From Deltaproteobacteria bacterium (GTDB lineage Bacteria; Myxococcota; Kuafuiibacteriia; Kuafuiibacteriales; Kuafuiibacteriaceae), in NCBI GenBank assembly GCA_040218735.1, contig JAVJQW010000055.1, positions 64,001 to 128,000 on the forward strand: 64,000 nt of DNA, read 5' to 3'. The notes under the pieces are model-generated. The model was not told where the DNA came from and did no database searches. It worked only from the letters and a program-made list of their open reading frames with translations. Positions 49,701 through 59,266 of this stretch are shown in pieces; position 1 is the stretch's first letter; every line of letters starts with the position of its first letter. Position numbers and translations under genes: made by a program.

Positions 49701-52700
49701 GACACCCACAGCGTCATCGACGACTCGTTCGGCCGCCCGCGGTCGTCCTTGGTGCGGGCGAGGACCGCGTACGGCCCGCCCTTCTTCGTCGTGAACGTGC
49801 AGGTCTGCTCGGCCTTGGTGACCGCGCACTTCTGCGGCTCGGCGTCGGCTTCGTTACTGAACGTGAACGTGAGCTCGGCGTCCGTCGGTGTCGCGAGGGC
49901 GCCGTCGAGCCCGACGTGGACGACGTCGATCTCGACGTCCTGACCCGCCTCCACGAAGTATCGCTCCGTCTTCAGCCCGATGTAGCGCTCCGACGGGTGA
50001 ACGAGGAACGACCCGGAGGCCGACCAGGTCTGACGGTTCACGTCCGAGACGGACGCCTCCGCCGAGACCACCGTCGGCCGCGGCGGCTCCACACCCTGAA
50101 GGTCGATGCGGAGGTGGTGCTCGCCGGATCCGTCGGTGGTCGCGGCGAAGCTCTTCGTGCTGGCCGGCCGGTGGCCGCGCCCGTGCCGTCCCCACCACCA
50201 CCAAGGTGACCACGTCCCAAAGACGAAGTCGGAGCGGTTGGGCGGGGTGTAGCTGCCCTCGTGCGAGCGAACTACCCATCGCACGTCCGCCGCCGCGAGC
50301 GGCCCCCCGGTGTAATAGGTCGCCTTGGACGAGAAGACGCCGTACTGACCGACGAGGTGCGGCCCCTCCGTGGTCGTCACGCCGACTTCGAACTCAGGCT
50401 TCCGGAACTCTTGAATCGAGAACGAGTGCGAGCCGCTGTACCCGGACTTCGAGCTCACGCCCGGCGCCGAGAATTGCGCGTAGGCGCGCCCGAGGTTCAC
50501 GTCGTCCGGCACCTTGAAGTCGAAGGCGAACCCACCGAGCTTCGACAGCTTCGTCTCACCCTTCGCGAACTCATTTCCGCGCGCGTCGCGCACCTTGTAG
50601 ACGAGGCGCCCTTCGTGCGCACCGAGCGATGCGACGTCGCCGTCCGGGCCTCGCGTCGTGCGGCGGAGGAAGCCCTTGATGTGCACGTCCTCCTTCGGCT
50701 TGTAGAGGCCGCGGTCGTCGAAGACGAAGTAACGGTAGCCGTCCGACTGCTCGTGCTGGATCCAGCTGCTGCCGCTCGAGCTCCAGTGGTTCTCGGGGAG
50801 GAGCGCGACGTCGTCGCCGCGCTTCGCAATCAAGAGCGCCGAGCGGTCGGGGCTCTTCGGCGGGAGGGCGAGCGTCGCGTAACCCTGTGCGTCAGCGGTG
50901 GCGGTCATCGGCGTGTTGGGCAGGACGGAGAGCTCCGCGGCGACGCCCGCGCCGTCGCTCAGCCGGGTGGCGAAGGTGTGCAGATCGGCGTGGTCGATCA
51001 GCGCGTCGAGGCCGATGTTCGTGACCTGCACCCAGCGGATCGCGCCGGGCCAGTACCACGAACGCTTCGGGTCGGGCTTGAAGCCGGCCGGTTGCACCCG
51101 GATGACGAGCTGTCCGTAGAAGTCGGTGAGCGCCGACGTGATATCGACCTTCGTCTCGACGAGTGTGTCTTGTCCGTCGGGTGCGTCGACGACGCCCGAG
51201 AAGACCTTCTTACCCGGCATGCGCGGAGCGTTCTTCTCGCGGTGGCGACGTTTGTAGTCGAGCCAGGCGTACCAGTCCTTCGGCTCGACCTTGTGGATGA
51301 GTACGTCGAGTTTGTCGTAATTGATCGTGTAGACCGACAAACTCGGTTTCTTCGTGCGCTCGAGCACCATGAAGTCACCGCCCGGAATGGTGAGCTGTGG
51401 CGCGGCGGGTCCGACGGCGATCTTGGTGTCGATCGCCTTGACCAGCTTCTGCCCGTAGACGTCCTCGAGCTCGGTACCGACGCGGAGGCGGTACGTCGTG
51501 CGCCCGACCGTCTTGCCCTGGATGTGAATCGAGCCGCCGCCGCTCGTGACCTTCACGTCCTCGATCGGCGGGTCGATTTTCACCATCTTCGCGTCGAAGT
51601 TCCCCATCGAGTTCGTCAGCTCGAGGGTGAAGGGCGCGCCGGGGTAACACGTCCCGCCCCACGCGCAGCGCGCGCGTCGGAACTCGAACGGACCGTACGT
51701 CTTGAACCGGTAGGTCTGGGTCTTGGTGGTCTTACGCGGGCCCTCCGCGGAAGGGAGTCCCTTCTCGAACACGACTTCGACGCTGGTCGCCTTCGGGAGC
51801 GGGCGCTGCACGACGAAAGCGATCGCGCGCTCCTCCTCCTGCGCGAGGCGCGCGGTGTAGCCGGCCGCCTCGATCTCCGCGGCCGTCGCGATGCGCGTCG
51901 CGACCCGCTTGCGGCCGGCCTTCACGGTGACCCGCGCGAGGACCGCCTTGGCGTCGACGCGCTGGTCGAACGTCGCGTACATCAGCGGCGTCAGGTTCGT
52001 GGTTCCGCCCGGCGAGAACGACTTCACCTGCGGGGGTGGCGTTCGGAACGTGTACTTCTCGGGCTCCTGCAGCGGTCCGCCGGTCTGGGACTTCAGCCCG
52101 GCGGGGATCGCGACCGTGAACGCGGTCGCCATCGGGAAGCGTGGCTTCGGCTCGAACAGCAGCGTGCGCGTGCCCGCCCAGCGCCACTGCCCCTCGACCT
52201 TCGGAGACAGGTTGGCCGGGAGGGCCTCCGCGAGCACCTGGTCGACGCTCGAAACCGGGACCATCGGCTGGGAGAACGTGATCGACAGGTGCGGCGCGAG
52301 CGGCACGTCGCCCTGCGGTTGCATCCGCTCGATCTTCAGCGGCTCGACCTGCGGCGCGGGTGGCTTCGGCCGGCTCACCTCGGGAGGGAACTTACCGAGC
52401 GTCGTCGCTCCGGCGAGCGGGAGCTTGCGCGTCGATGCGCGCATCGCGAAGTCGGCGCGGTCGGACGCCTTCGCGTCGATCGGCGGGAGGCGTGCGAGGA
52501 GGGGTTCAACCTCCGCCTTCGACAGCGCCCGAACCTCGGTCTTCTTCGCCGGCGGCGCGGCGGACTCCACGGGCGGCGGTTGCCCGTCGGTGAGCTCGAA
52601 GAGGAGCCCGCTCCCGCTCGGCTTGTCGGCGCCGGTCTTCAGCGTGATGTCACGGCTCGCGTGAATCTCGGTGGGCGGCGGCGCGCTCTTGGGCGGCGCC

Positions 52701-52792
52701 TTCGCCGGGGGCGGCGCCGGACTCTTGCCGGAGCGATCCGCAGAGCAGGCGAGCGCGAACAGAGCGAGCACGATCGAGGTACGCCGAAGCAT
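46760..52792 (-). CDS. Bacterial alpha-2-macroglobulin family lipoprotein
   Basis: Lipobox ALAC; DRGLYKP, EFRKPEF, PDNLTRYR, thioester YPYGCAEQ, AEEMYFPETFGRS. Confidence 0.95.
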   Translation of the reverse strand: MLRRTSIVLALFALACSADRSGKSPAPPPAKAPPKSAPPPTEIHASRDITLKTGADKPSGSGLLFELTDGQPPPVESAAPPAKKTEVRALSKAEVEPLLARLPPIDAKASDRADFAMRASTRKLPLAGATTLGKFPPEVSRPKPPAPQVEPLKIERMQPQGDVPLAPHLSITFSQPMVPVSSVDQVLAEALPANLSPKVEGQWRWAGTRTLLFEPKPRFPMATAFTVAIPAGLKSQTGGPLQEPEKYTFRTPPPQVKSFSPGGTTNLTPLMYATFDQRVDAKAVLARVTVKAGRKRVATRIATAAEIEAAGYTARLAQEEERAIAFVVQRPLPKATSVEVVFEKGLPSAEGPRKTTKTQTYRFKTYGPFEFRRARCAWGGTCYPGAPFTLELTNSMGNFDAKMVKIDPPIEDVKVTSGGGSIHIQGKTVGRTTYRLRVGTELEDVYGQKLVKAIDTKIAVGPAAPQLTIPGGDFMVLERTKKPSLSVYTINYDKLDVLIHKVEPKDWYAWLDYKRRHREKNAPRMPGKKVFSGVVDAPDGQDTLVETKVDITSALTDFYGQLVIRVQPAGFKPDPKRSWYWPGAIRWVQVTNIGLDALIDHADLHTFATRLSDGAGVAAELSVLPNTPMTATADAQGYATLALPPKSPDRSALLIAKRGDDVALLPENHWSSSGSSWIQHEQSDGYRYFVFDDRGLYKPKEDVHIKGFLRRTTRGPDGDVASLGAHEGRLVYKVRDARGNEFAKGETKLSKLGGFAFDFKVPDDVNLGRAYAQFSAPGVSSKSGYSGSHSFSIQEFRKPEFEVGVTTTEGPHLVGQYGVFSSKATYYTGGPLAAADVRWVVRSHEGSYTPPNRSDFVFGTWSPWWWWGRHGRGHRPASTKSFAATTDGSGEHHLRIDLQGVEPPRPTVVSAEASVSDVNRQTWSASGSFLVHPSERYIGLKTERYFVEAGQDVEIDVVHVGLDGALATPTDAELTFTFSNEADAEPQKCAVTKAEQTCTFTTKKGGPYAVLARTKDDRGRPNESSMTLWVSGGDNVPTSRNISEETVQLIPNKKTYATGDVAEVLVQAPFADAEGLWSLEREGVVKTGRFTMKGTSQVLEIEVEDRFTPNVHLRVILVGRQKRRNGEGKVDDTLPPRPAYAAGTMNIEVPPATRTLAIDLEPDAYEVEPGAKSRVAMTVKTADGAAAAGAEIAFYVVDEAVLALTSYATPDPLSIYPHRSNGVRVMRSRQFVYLADPEEVAQTAFAPEEDEAGLGDMESSGALMNRSARRKRAPAPAMKAAAEMAPGGGVGGGGAAPPIAVRKDFSALAVFRPSVTTDARGRAEVEFDFPDNLTRYRVIAVAAHGDNHFGVAEANITARRALMVRPSAPRFLNYGDTFELPVVLENRTGAPLSAQVVVRATNANVDAVGYAVEIPKEDRVEVRFPSSTDAPGRARFQFAAAANQYADAAEVDLPVWTPATTEAFATYGEIDKGAIVQPVVPPADVAKSFGGLEITTASTQLQALTDAYIYILDYPYGCAEQVSSRVITTAALKDVLEAFKAEGMPPKDQLVAAVGRDIKKLAQLQNSDGGWGWWRRGRPSRPFLTIHVMHALVRAQAKNFEVPKTVMNRGRQYLRDIDKHIDRTYGPGVRTTLVAFALYVRAMMGEIDGARAKKLIRSAGGVSKLPLEAAGWLYPVAVEAGELRAELAQLRRLFDNRATETAATAHFATSYEDGGHVLLHSARRVDALILEGLMRDQPKNTLIPKLVRGLLAHRTRGRWANTQESSWVLVALDRYFRQYEKLTPNFVARVWLGDQYAGDRTFEGRTTDQHLIDIPMAYLVDQPKQDLLLQKDGQGRLYYRIGLKYAPNDLMLEPASYGFEVKRTYEGVDDPNDVKRDEDGTWRFVAGARVRVKLTMINTGRRYHVALVDPLPAGLEPINAALAGSGSVPPDSPEYESPWFWWRRTWYVHDNLRDERAEAFSTTLWPGEHAYSYVARATTPGRFVVPPTKAEEMYFPETFGRSGTDRVVVE

Positions 52793-52875
52793 GACGGCTG
52801 CTTAACACGGGCTCGGGTCGGGGGCGCGCCGCGCCGAGTGATCTCTCGGCGGTTCTGTGTCAGGAAGGGCGGACG

Positions 52876-53598
52876 ATGAGCAGCAACCCGTTTGCCACGC
52901 CGCGCGCGAGCGCGGACCTCGAAGACGACAGCGGGCCCATTCCGCACCGGGGGCCGGTCAAGGCGGACTTGCGTCCGATCGAGCTGCTCAAGCGCGGTAA
53001 GGATCTCATCAGCGATCAATATTGGACGTTCTTTGGCGTGACGGGCCTCGGCATCCTGGTCGGTTCGGCGGCGCCCTTCGGCATCATCCTCGGACCGATG
53101 ATGTGCGGCATGTACCTGTGCCTGGTTCGGAAGGCGCGCGGCGACGACTCCGTGACCGTGAACGACCTGTTCAAGGGCTTCGACTTCTTCAAGCAGGGCT
53201 TCATCGCGATGATGATCGGGACGGTCGCGATCCTCTTGGCCATCGTCCCGTTCATGATCGCGCTGGTGGTGACGATCCGGAGCGACCCGGACTCGTTCAT
53301 CGCGGTGCTCTTGTCCATGTACGCGGCCATCTTCGCTCTGAGCATGCTCGTCAACGTGTTCATGATGTTCGCGTTCCCGCTCATCGTGGATCGCGGCTAC
53401 ACCGCGATCGATGCGCTGAAGACGAGCTTTCGCGCGGCGAAGATGAACCTGGGCGGGCTCCTCCTCCTCTCGCTCACGAGCGCGGTGGCCGGCCTCGTCC
53501 TCGCGCTCATGTGTTACGTCCCGGCGTTCCTGTTCATGCCGGTGAGCTTCGCGGCGTTCACGCTCGCGTACCTCGAGATCTTCCCCGACGCGGAGTGA
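52876..53598 (+). CDS. Integral membrane hypothetical protein
   Basis: N-terminal NPFATP; 5-6 TM helices; FPLIVDRGYTAIDALKTSF. Confidence 0.75.
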   Translation: MSSNPFATPRASADLEDDSGPIPHRGPVKADLRPIELLKRGKDLISDQYWTFFGVTGLGILVGSAAPFGIILGPMMCGMYLCLVRKARGDDSVTVNDLFKGFDFFKQGFIAMMIGTVAILLAIVPFMIALVVTIRSDPDSFIAVLLSMYAAIFALSMLVNVFMMFAFPLIVDRGYTAIDALKTSFRAAKMNLGGLLLLSLTSAVAGLVLALMCYVPAFLFMPVSFAAFTLAYLEIFPDAE

Positions 53599-53623
53599 GC
53601 CGGCGGCCGAGCTGCGAAACCGA

Positions 53624-55273
53624 TCAGGCGAGGCGATCCGAGAGGGCTTCGGTTCCGTCACCGCGGATGAGTTGGTCCGCCATGCGCTCGGCCACCGCCG
53701 CGATCGTGAGTGATGGGTTCACGCCGAGCGCGGAGGGGATGACGGCGCCATCCATCACGAAGAGGTTTCGATTGGTGAACGACTCGCCGTTGGCGTTGAC
53801 GATCCCCTCGGTGGGTTCGTCGGCCATGCGGCACCCGCCCAAGGGGTGGGACGTGTTGACGGTGCCGTCCTTGCGGTAGTTGTCGAGGAACAACTCACCG
53901 CCGAGGGCTTCGTAGATCCGGCGCATGGCGTCCACGGCTGCGCTCCAGCGCTCCTCGGTGCGGGCGGAGGTCTCGCGCCACCGGACCTGAACGCGGTCGC
54001 CGCTGAGGCCGATCTCACCTTCACACGCGTCGAGCGCGAGGCACCCCATCGTCAGGGAGCGCGCGCCGAACTCGGTGAGTTGTCGTTTGAAGTCGAAGCC
54101 CCAGTGACGGTGGCGTCTGCCGTCGTCACGCTCCGCGACGGTCGTGGAGCCGCGGCCGGTCGCGTCGGGGTGTTTCGGCGGGGACAGCGTCGAGATCTGT
54201 TCGAGCGCGGTGTAGAGCGGCGCCGCGTAGAACGGGATGAGGATGAATTGATGCTCGGGCCAGAAGCTCGGGCAGAAGCTCGACATCGGCTTGCCCTTGA
54301 AGCTCTCCACCCGCATCTCGAAGTCCGCGCCGACGCGCCCGGTGACACCGTAGTCACCGTTGGAGGAGAGGTTCTGGCCGAGCACGGCGCGGCCGTTTTC
54401 TTCGTCGCCGCGGTCGAGCGCGCGTTCGCCGACGAAGTGGTCGCGCGAGCGCATCAGCAGCGCCGACGACGCGACGCACCCGGCGGCGACGATCAGTACG
54501 CGGCACTCGATCTCGAACTCGACCTTCCTGCCGCCGCGGGTGTCGACGCCCTTCACGACGTAGCCGTCGTTGGTCGGTGCGATCGTGTCGACGTCGTGGC
54601 CGGTGCGGAACTCGACGCCGGACGCGAGGGCGTCGGCGAGGTAGTTCTTCGTGAGGTCTTGCCGCCCCGAGAAGCGCTGGCCCTGGTTCCACCAGCCCTC
54701 GTTGGCGTCCTGGTAGTCGGCGAGCTTGAGCGGCGCCGCGGTGGCGCCGATTCGGCGGCAGCCCTCCGCGAACACGAAGTCGCGCTTCGTCGCGAGCTGC
54801 CAGTGCGGGACGGTGGCGTCCGTCCACTCCAGCTTGTGCACGCGGAGTTTGTCCTCGACGACGCGGTACCAGGGGTCGAGCGCGGCGCGGTCGAATCCGG
54901 ACGGCCAGAGGCGTCGACCGCGGCGGGTCTGATCGAAGACGAGCTGCGGTGCCCGTAGGCTCACGCCGTCGTAGAGGAGCGAGCCGCCGCCGAGCCCTTT
55001 GCCGGTGACGACGTTCATACTCGCGACGCCGTCGCGGTAGGCGCCTTCGGTGTCGGTGAACAGCTCGCCGATCTCCGTGAGGTAGGTCGGCGACAACGAG
55101 TGCGCGAAGCGGTTGCCCTGTTCGTTGACTGGGGGGCCGTCCGAGGCGGGGTCGAAGCGCCCCGTGGGGTCGATGCCCTTGTCGAGAACGAGGACGCGGT
55201 TCGCGGCGGCGCCGAGGCGCGCGGCGGCGACCGCGCCGCCGAAGCCGGAGCCGATGATCACCACGTCGTGCAT
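53624..55273 (-). CDS. GMC oxidoreductase, cholesterol-oxidase-like
   Basis: DVVIIGSGFGGAV, GLGGGSLLY, HPLGGC, GVNPSLTIAAVAE; no signal peptide; TGATG-coupled to the upstream gene. Confidence 0.85.
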   Translation of the reverse strand: MHDVVIIGSGFGGAVAAARLGAAANRVLVLDKGIDPTGRFDPASDGPPVNEQGNRFAHSLSPTYLTEIGELFTDTEGAYRDGVASMNVVTGKGLGGGSLLYDGVSLRAPQLVFDQTRRGRRLWPSGFDRAALDPWYRVVEDKLRVHKLEWTDATVPHWQLATKRDFVFAEGCRRIGATAAPLKLADYQDANEGWWNQGQRFSGRQDLTKNYLADALASGVEFRTGHDVDTIAPTNDGYVVKGVDTRGGRKVEFEIECRVLIVAAGCVASSALLMRSRDHFVGERALDRGDEENGRAVLGQNLSSNGDYGVTGRVGADFEMRVESFKGKPMSSFCPSFWPEHQFILIPFYAAPLYTALEQISTLSPPKHPDATGRGSTTVAERDDGRRHRHWGFDFKRQLTEFGARSLTMGCLALDACEGEIGLSGDRVQVRWRETSARTEERWSAAVDAMRRIYEALGGELFLDNYRKDGTVNTSHPLGGCRMADEPTEGIVNANGESFTNRNLFVMDGAVIPSALGVNPSLTIAAVAERMADQLIRGDGTEALSDRLA

Positions 55274-56061
55274 CAGAGCAGGTCTCCGTTGGCGTCGAGC
55301 AGGGTCGCGAGGTCCTCGCCGGGGGTCGGGGCGGGCGTGCGGTTGAAGGTGTAGTCGTCGAGCACGCCCGCGGCGGCGAGGGCGCCGAGGTCTTCCGTCT
55401 CGGCGTCGACGAGGCGTCCGTCCGTCGTGCGCGGGTAGCCGCGAATCGCGATGTTCGCCGCGGGATCCTCGAACGGGGGGAAGCCGATCGCGACGAGGCC
55501 GGCCTTGGACTCGCCGCCGCCGAGCCACGCGAGGAAACACGCCGCGCGGAGGAAGGTCAGGCCGACGGCGCGCTCCGGATCTTCGAAGCCTTCGTCGATC
55601 GCGGCTTCCTGGAGGTCGCGGGGGAGCCGGCGGAACGCGGTGAACGGGCGTTGGTCGAAGGCGAGCGCGTCGAGGTCGGCGGCGAGCACCAAGCGCACGG
55701 CGTCGTCGAACGCCTCGGGGGTTCGGTCGAGGACGGCGGGGAGGACGGGGAGCAGGTTGAGCTCCCGAGCGGCCGGAACGAAATTCGCGAGCGCCAACAT
55801 CGCGAGGGTGTCGACGTCGTTCGCGCCGGGTGAGACGACTGACCCACTGGCGTCCCGCTCCGAGGGCAGGAGCACGTCGAACGCGACCCGCAGCGTGGCC
55901 TCCGCCTGGGTCAGCTCCTCGACCTCGCGGTACGTGTAGTTCTCGGGATCCAGGGCGTCGAACTTGCCTGGAGGGGGTTCTTCGGTGCGCACGCCGCAGG
56001 CCGCGCCCAGGCCGAGGAGGCCGAGCACCTGCATCACTTCGCGTCGGGAGAACCGCGTCAC
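55273..56061 (-). CDS. Tat-exported lipoprotein, gluconate-2-dehydrogenase subunit-3-like partner of GMC enzyme
   Basis: FSRREVMQ twin-arginine motif plus lipobox GAAC; DVLLP...PGA; FRRLPRDLQEA; IGFP. Confidence 0.7.
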   Translation of the reverse strand: MTRFSRREVMQVLGLLGLGAACGVRTEEPPPGKFDALDPENYTYREVEELTQAEATLRVAFDVLLPSERDASGSVVSPGANDVDTLAMLALANFVPAARELNLLPVLPAVLDRTPEAFDDAVRLVLAADLDALAFDQRPFTAFRRLPRDLQEAAIDEGFEDPERAVGLTFLRAACFLAWLGGGESKAGLVAIGFPPFEDPAANIAIRGYPRTTDGRLVDAETEDLGALAAAGVLDDYTFNRTPAPTPGEDLATLLDANGDLL

Positions 56062-56174
56062 CGTATCGTGCGTGTAGCAGCGGTCGAGTCGGGGGCTCTA
56101 TGACAATTTCCTGGAGTACGACTCTCGGATCCTGAAATGGAAGAAATCCACTCGCCTACGTAACGCAGTAGGTC

Positions 56175-58073
56175 GTGGGTCGCTTCGTGGGTCATCGCGT
56201 GCTCGGCATCGCTCTCGCGGTGTTCGGTCCCCCCGCGTGTTCCGCGGACCTGACCGTCGAGGCGCCGCTAGCCCCCCACGCGTGCGGCGCCTCGACGGGC
56301 CCACACGCCCACGACTACATCGTCGTCGGTTCGGGCGCGGGCGGCGGTCCGCTCGCCGCGCGCCTCGCACGCGCGGGGTGCCGTGTGCTCCTCCTCGAAG
56401 CCGGTGCCGACGTCGGCGGGCGCCTCGAGTACCAGGTGCCGGCGATGCACGCGCTCAGCACGGAGCACGAAGCGACGGCGTGGTCGTTCTTCGTCGGTCA
56501 CCACGCCGATTCGTCGATCGACCGAGAGGACTCCAAGTACACGGACGCCGGAATCCTCTACCCACGCGGGAGTGCGCTCGGCGGCTCGACGGCGGTCAAC
56601 GCGCTCGTCACCATCCGCCCCTCGCCGAGCGACTGGAATCGCCTCGCCCAGATCACCGGCGAGGCCGGCTTCCGCGCTGCGAACATGGACGGGTACTACG
56701 GCCGCGTCCGCGAGTGGCTCGACGTCGAGCTGCCGTCCCCCGAGCTCGCGGCCTCCGACGCGAAGATTGCGGACTACCTCATGGCCGCCGCCACCGCGTT
56801 TGCGAAGGACGAGGGGGCGCCGACGATCGACGGTCTGCCGGAGAACACCCGCGGCGCGGGCGCGCTGCACTCGCTCCTCGCGCACGACGTCAACGACGCC
56901 CTCGCCGACGGGGAGACCGCCGGCCTGTTCCGCCTGCCGCTCGCGACGAGCGCGGGCAAGCGCAACGGCACCCGTGAGTTCCTCGTCGACACCGCGGCGG
57001 AGGGCTACCCGCTCGAGATTCGCACCGGCGCGTTCGTGACCCGCGTCCTGTTCGAGCGGTTGTCGGCGCCGACGGCGGTCGGTGTGGAGTACCACCGCGG
57101 CGCGAAGCTCTACGGCGCGTCGATCGGCGCGCGCGGCGCGAGCGAGGGCGTCGAGGTCGCGTACGCGAACAACGAGGTCATCCTCGCGGCCGGCGCGTTC
57201 AACTCGCCGCAGCTGTTGATGCTGTCGGGCGTCGGCGATCCGGACCACCTCGCGGCGCACGGCATCGACGTCGTCGCGGCGCGCCCCGGCGTCGGTCGCA
57301 ACCTGCAGGACCGCAACGAGGTTGCCGTCGTGACCGAGTTCGACGAGGCGATCGACACCGTCGCGCCGTGCTCGCTGGGTGACGCGGAGGAGGATGACCC
57401 GTGCCTCGAAGCGTGGACGGAGGGGCAGGGCGTGTACCGGACCACCGGCTTCCTCGGCACGGTGCTGAAGCGTTCAACCCCCGACGTCGCGCTCGCCGAC
57501 CTGCAGGTGTTCGGCTCCCCCGGTGACGCGCGCGGCTACTACCCGGGTTACTCGAACGACGCGCTCGCGCAGGACGACCGCTTCTCGTGGCTCGTGCTCA
57601 AGGCGCACACCGAGAACCGCGACGGCCGCGTTTCCCTCGTGAGCCGCGACCCGTTCACGCGCCCCGACATTCGATTCAACTACTTCGACGAGGCGAACCC
57701 ACTCGCGGATCCGGATCTGAAGGCGGTCGTCGAGGGTGTGAAGTTCGTCCGCGAGATCATCGGAGAGATGCGCGACGACTACGACGAGGACGACCTCGTC
57801 GAGATCTGGCCCGGGCCGGAGGTGTCGACGGACGAAGCGATCGGCGAGTGGGTGCGGCGCGAGACGTGGGGCCACCACGCGTCGTGCTCCAACAAGATGG
57901 GCCTCGTCGACGACCCGATGGCGGTGGTGGACCCGACCTTCCGAGTCATCGGCGTCGACCGCCTCCGCGTGGTGGATGCGTCGGTCTTCCCGGAGATCCC
58001 GGGGACGTTCATCGCGGTGCCGACCTTCATGCTCTCCGAGCGTGCGGCCGACGTGATCCTGGAGGGCCTGTGA
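56175..58073 (+). CDS. Exported GMC oxidoreductase (choline-dehydrogenase-like), probable lipoprotein
   Basis: DYIVVGSGAGG, YPRGSALGGSTAVN, SPQLLMLSGVG, GRNLQD, HHASCS, LRVVDAS; N-terminal hydrophobic stretch ending PAC. Confidence 0.9.
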   Translation: MGRFVGHRVLGIALAVFGPPACSADLTVEAPLAPHACGASTGPHAHDYIVVGSGAGGGPLAARLARAGCRVLLLEAGADVGGRLEYQVPAMHALSTEHEATAWSFFVGHHADSSIDREDSKYTDAGILYPRGSALGGSTAVNALVTIRPSPSDWNRLAQITGEAGFRAANMDGYYGRVREWLDVELPSPELAASDAKIADYLMAAATAFAKDEGAPTIDGLPENTRGAGALHSLLAHDVNDALADGETAGLFRLPLATSAGKRNGTREFLVDTAAEGYPLEIRTGAFVTRVLFERLSAPTAVGVEYHRGAKLYGASIGARGASEGVEVAYANNEVILAAGAFNSPQLLMLSGVGDPDHLAAHGIDVVAARPGVGRNLQDRNEVAVVTEFDEAIDTVAPCSLGDAEEDDPCLEAWTEGQGVYRTTGFLGTVLKRSTPDVALADLQVFGSPGDARGYYPGYSNDALAQDDRFSWLVLKAHTENRDGRVSLVSRDPFTRPDIRFNYFDEANPLADPDLKAVVEGVKFVREIIGEMRDDYDEDDLVEIWPGPEVSTDEAIGEWVRRETWGHHASCSNKMGLVDDPMAVVDPTFRVIGVDRLRVVDASVFPEIPGTFIAVPTFMLSERAADVILEGL

Positions 58074-59266
58074 GAGCGCTCGCCGCGTTGCCGCTGCTGC
58101 TCGTCGGGTGCGGCGGCGAGCTCGTGTACTGCACCGACCTCGCGGCCGAGCTCGCGGAGTGTGACGTCGCGGCGACCGAGCTGTCGTGTGAGCTCATCAC
58201 GCTCGGCGACCGCGTCGCGCTGAAGAACGACTTCGACGCGCGCGGCTGCGACGCGGTGTGGAACGAAGACGGCGAGGTCGACGATCGCCTGTGTCGAGCC
58301 TTCAACTGGGACTGCCCGGAGCCGCTGCAACCCGCGCCGCACGAAGTGCCGCTCGCGAACCCCGTCGTGTTCGTGGGGGGCGTCGACAACGGCCCCGAGT
58401 TCGACTGGAACCCGGACGTCCTCGACCGCGTCGCGCGCGAGACCGGCGTCGATGTCTACCAGATCGCGCTGTCGGGCTGGGCACCGCGCGAGGTTCGCGC
58501 GCTCGAGCTGTGGCAAAAGATCCGTGTCGTCGCGACCGAGTCGCGGACGGGGCGCGTCAACCTGATCTGCTACGCGGTCGGCGGCCTCGACTGCCGGTTC
58601 CTCGTGAGCCCCGGCGGTCTGTTCGCGAACGACGCCGTGGGCGTCGAGGCGACCTCGAACGTCATCGCTTCGATCACCACGATCGCAACGCCGCACCGCG
58701 GAACCGACGTCGCGTCCGCGGCGCTCTACGCTTCGGACGAGGTCCTCGGCGCGGTGCTCGGACAGCGCGCCTCCTCCGGCCGGACGGACGCCGACGTCGT
58801 GCGCTCCCTCGAAGAGCTGACACCCGAAGCGATGGTCGAATTCAACGAGGTCGTGGTCGACGCACCGGACGTCGCCTACTACTCGTGGGCCGGCGTCACC
58901 CACTTCCTCGGTTCGTCGTTGTTCGTGAGCGAGGCGTCGATCCTCGAGCACTGCGTGGACGACTGGGACCGCCCGTCGATGCTGCGCCACCCCGACACGC
59001 AGGATCTGATGAGTGACCTCCTCGCGCCGGCCGCGCCGTTCGCGGGCCGGACGATCGATGCGTCCGGCGCCACCGCGACGAGTCCGCACGACGGGATGGT
59101 CTCCGTCGTCAGCGCGAAGTGGGGCGCGTTCATCGGCTGCATCCCGGCCGACCACTACGACGTGATCGGGCAGCACCACGACGGTGGCGCCGATCCGTAC
59201 ACCGGGTTCGATACCACGCGCTTCTACGCGAGCTGGATTCAGCAGCTCTTCGAGCGGGGGTTCTGA
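58070..59266 (+). CDS. Lipase-fold lipoprotein lacking the catalytic Ser (pseudo-lipase)
   Basis: Lipobox LVGC; VNLICYAVGGLDCR (Ala at the nucleophile position), TPHRGT, HDGMV, DHYDVIG. Confidence 0.85.
   Translation: MRALAALPLLLVGCGGELVYCTDLAAELAECDVAATELSCELITLGDRVALKNDFDARGCDAVWNEDGEVDDRLCRAFNWDCPEPLQPAPHEVPLANPVVFVGGVDNGPEFDWNPDVLDRVARETGVDVYQIALSGWAPREVRALELWQKIRVVATESRTGRVNLICYAVGGLDCRFLVSPGGLFANDAVGVEATSNVIASITTIATPHRGTDVASAALYASDEVLGAVLGQRASSGRTDADVVRSLEELTPEAMVEFNEVVVDAPDVAYYSWAGVTHFLGSSLFVSEASILEHCVDDWDRPSMLRHPDTQDLMSDLLAPAAPFAGRTIDASGATATSPHDGMVSVVSAKWGAFIGCIPADHYDVIGQHHDGGADPYTGFDTTRFYASWIQQLFERGF

Noticed and set aside
52832-52851. CGCCGAG/CTCGGCG inverted repeat in a divergent promoter gap
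   Set aside because: A 7-bp GC-rich stem is plausible by chance, and there is no second copy or known consensus.
48461-52879. 582-aa and 872-aa plus-strand ORFs opposite alpha-2-macroglobulin
   Set aside because: Shadow ORFs without domain signatures.
56062-56174. Imperfect ATTTC...GAAAT dyad in the AT-richer divergent promoter of the lipid locus
   Set aside because: Probably contains promoters, but the symmetry is too weak to call a specific operator.
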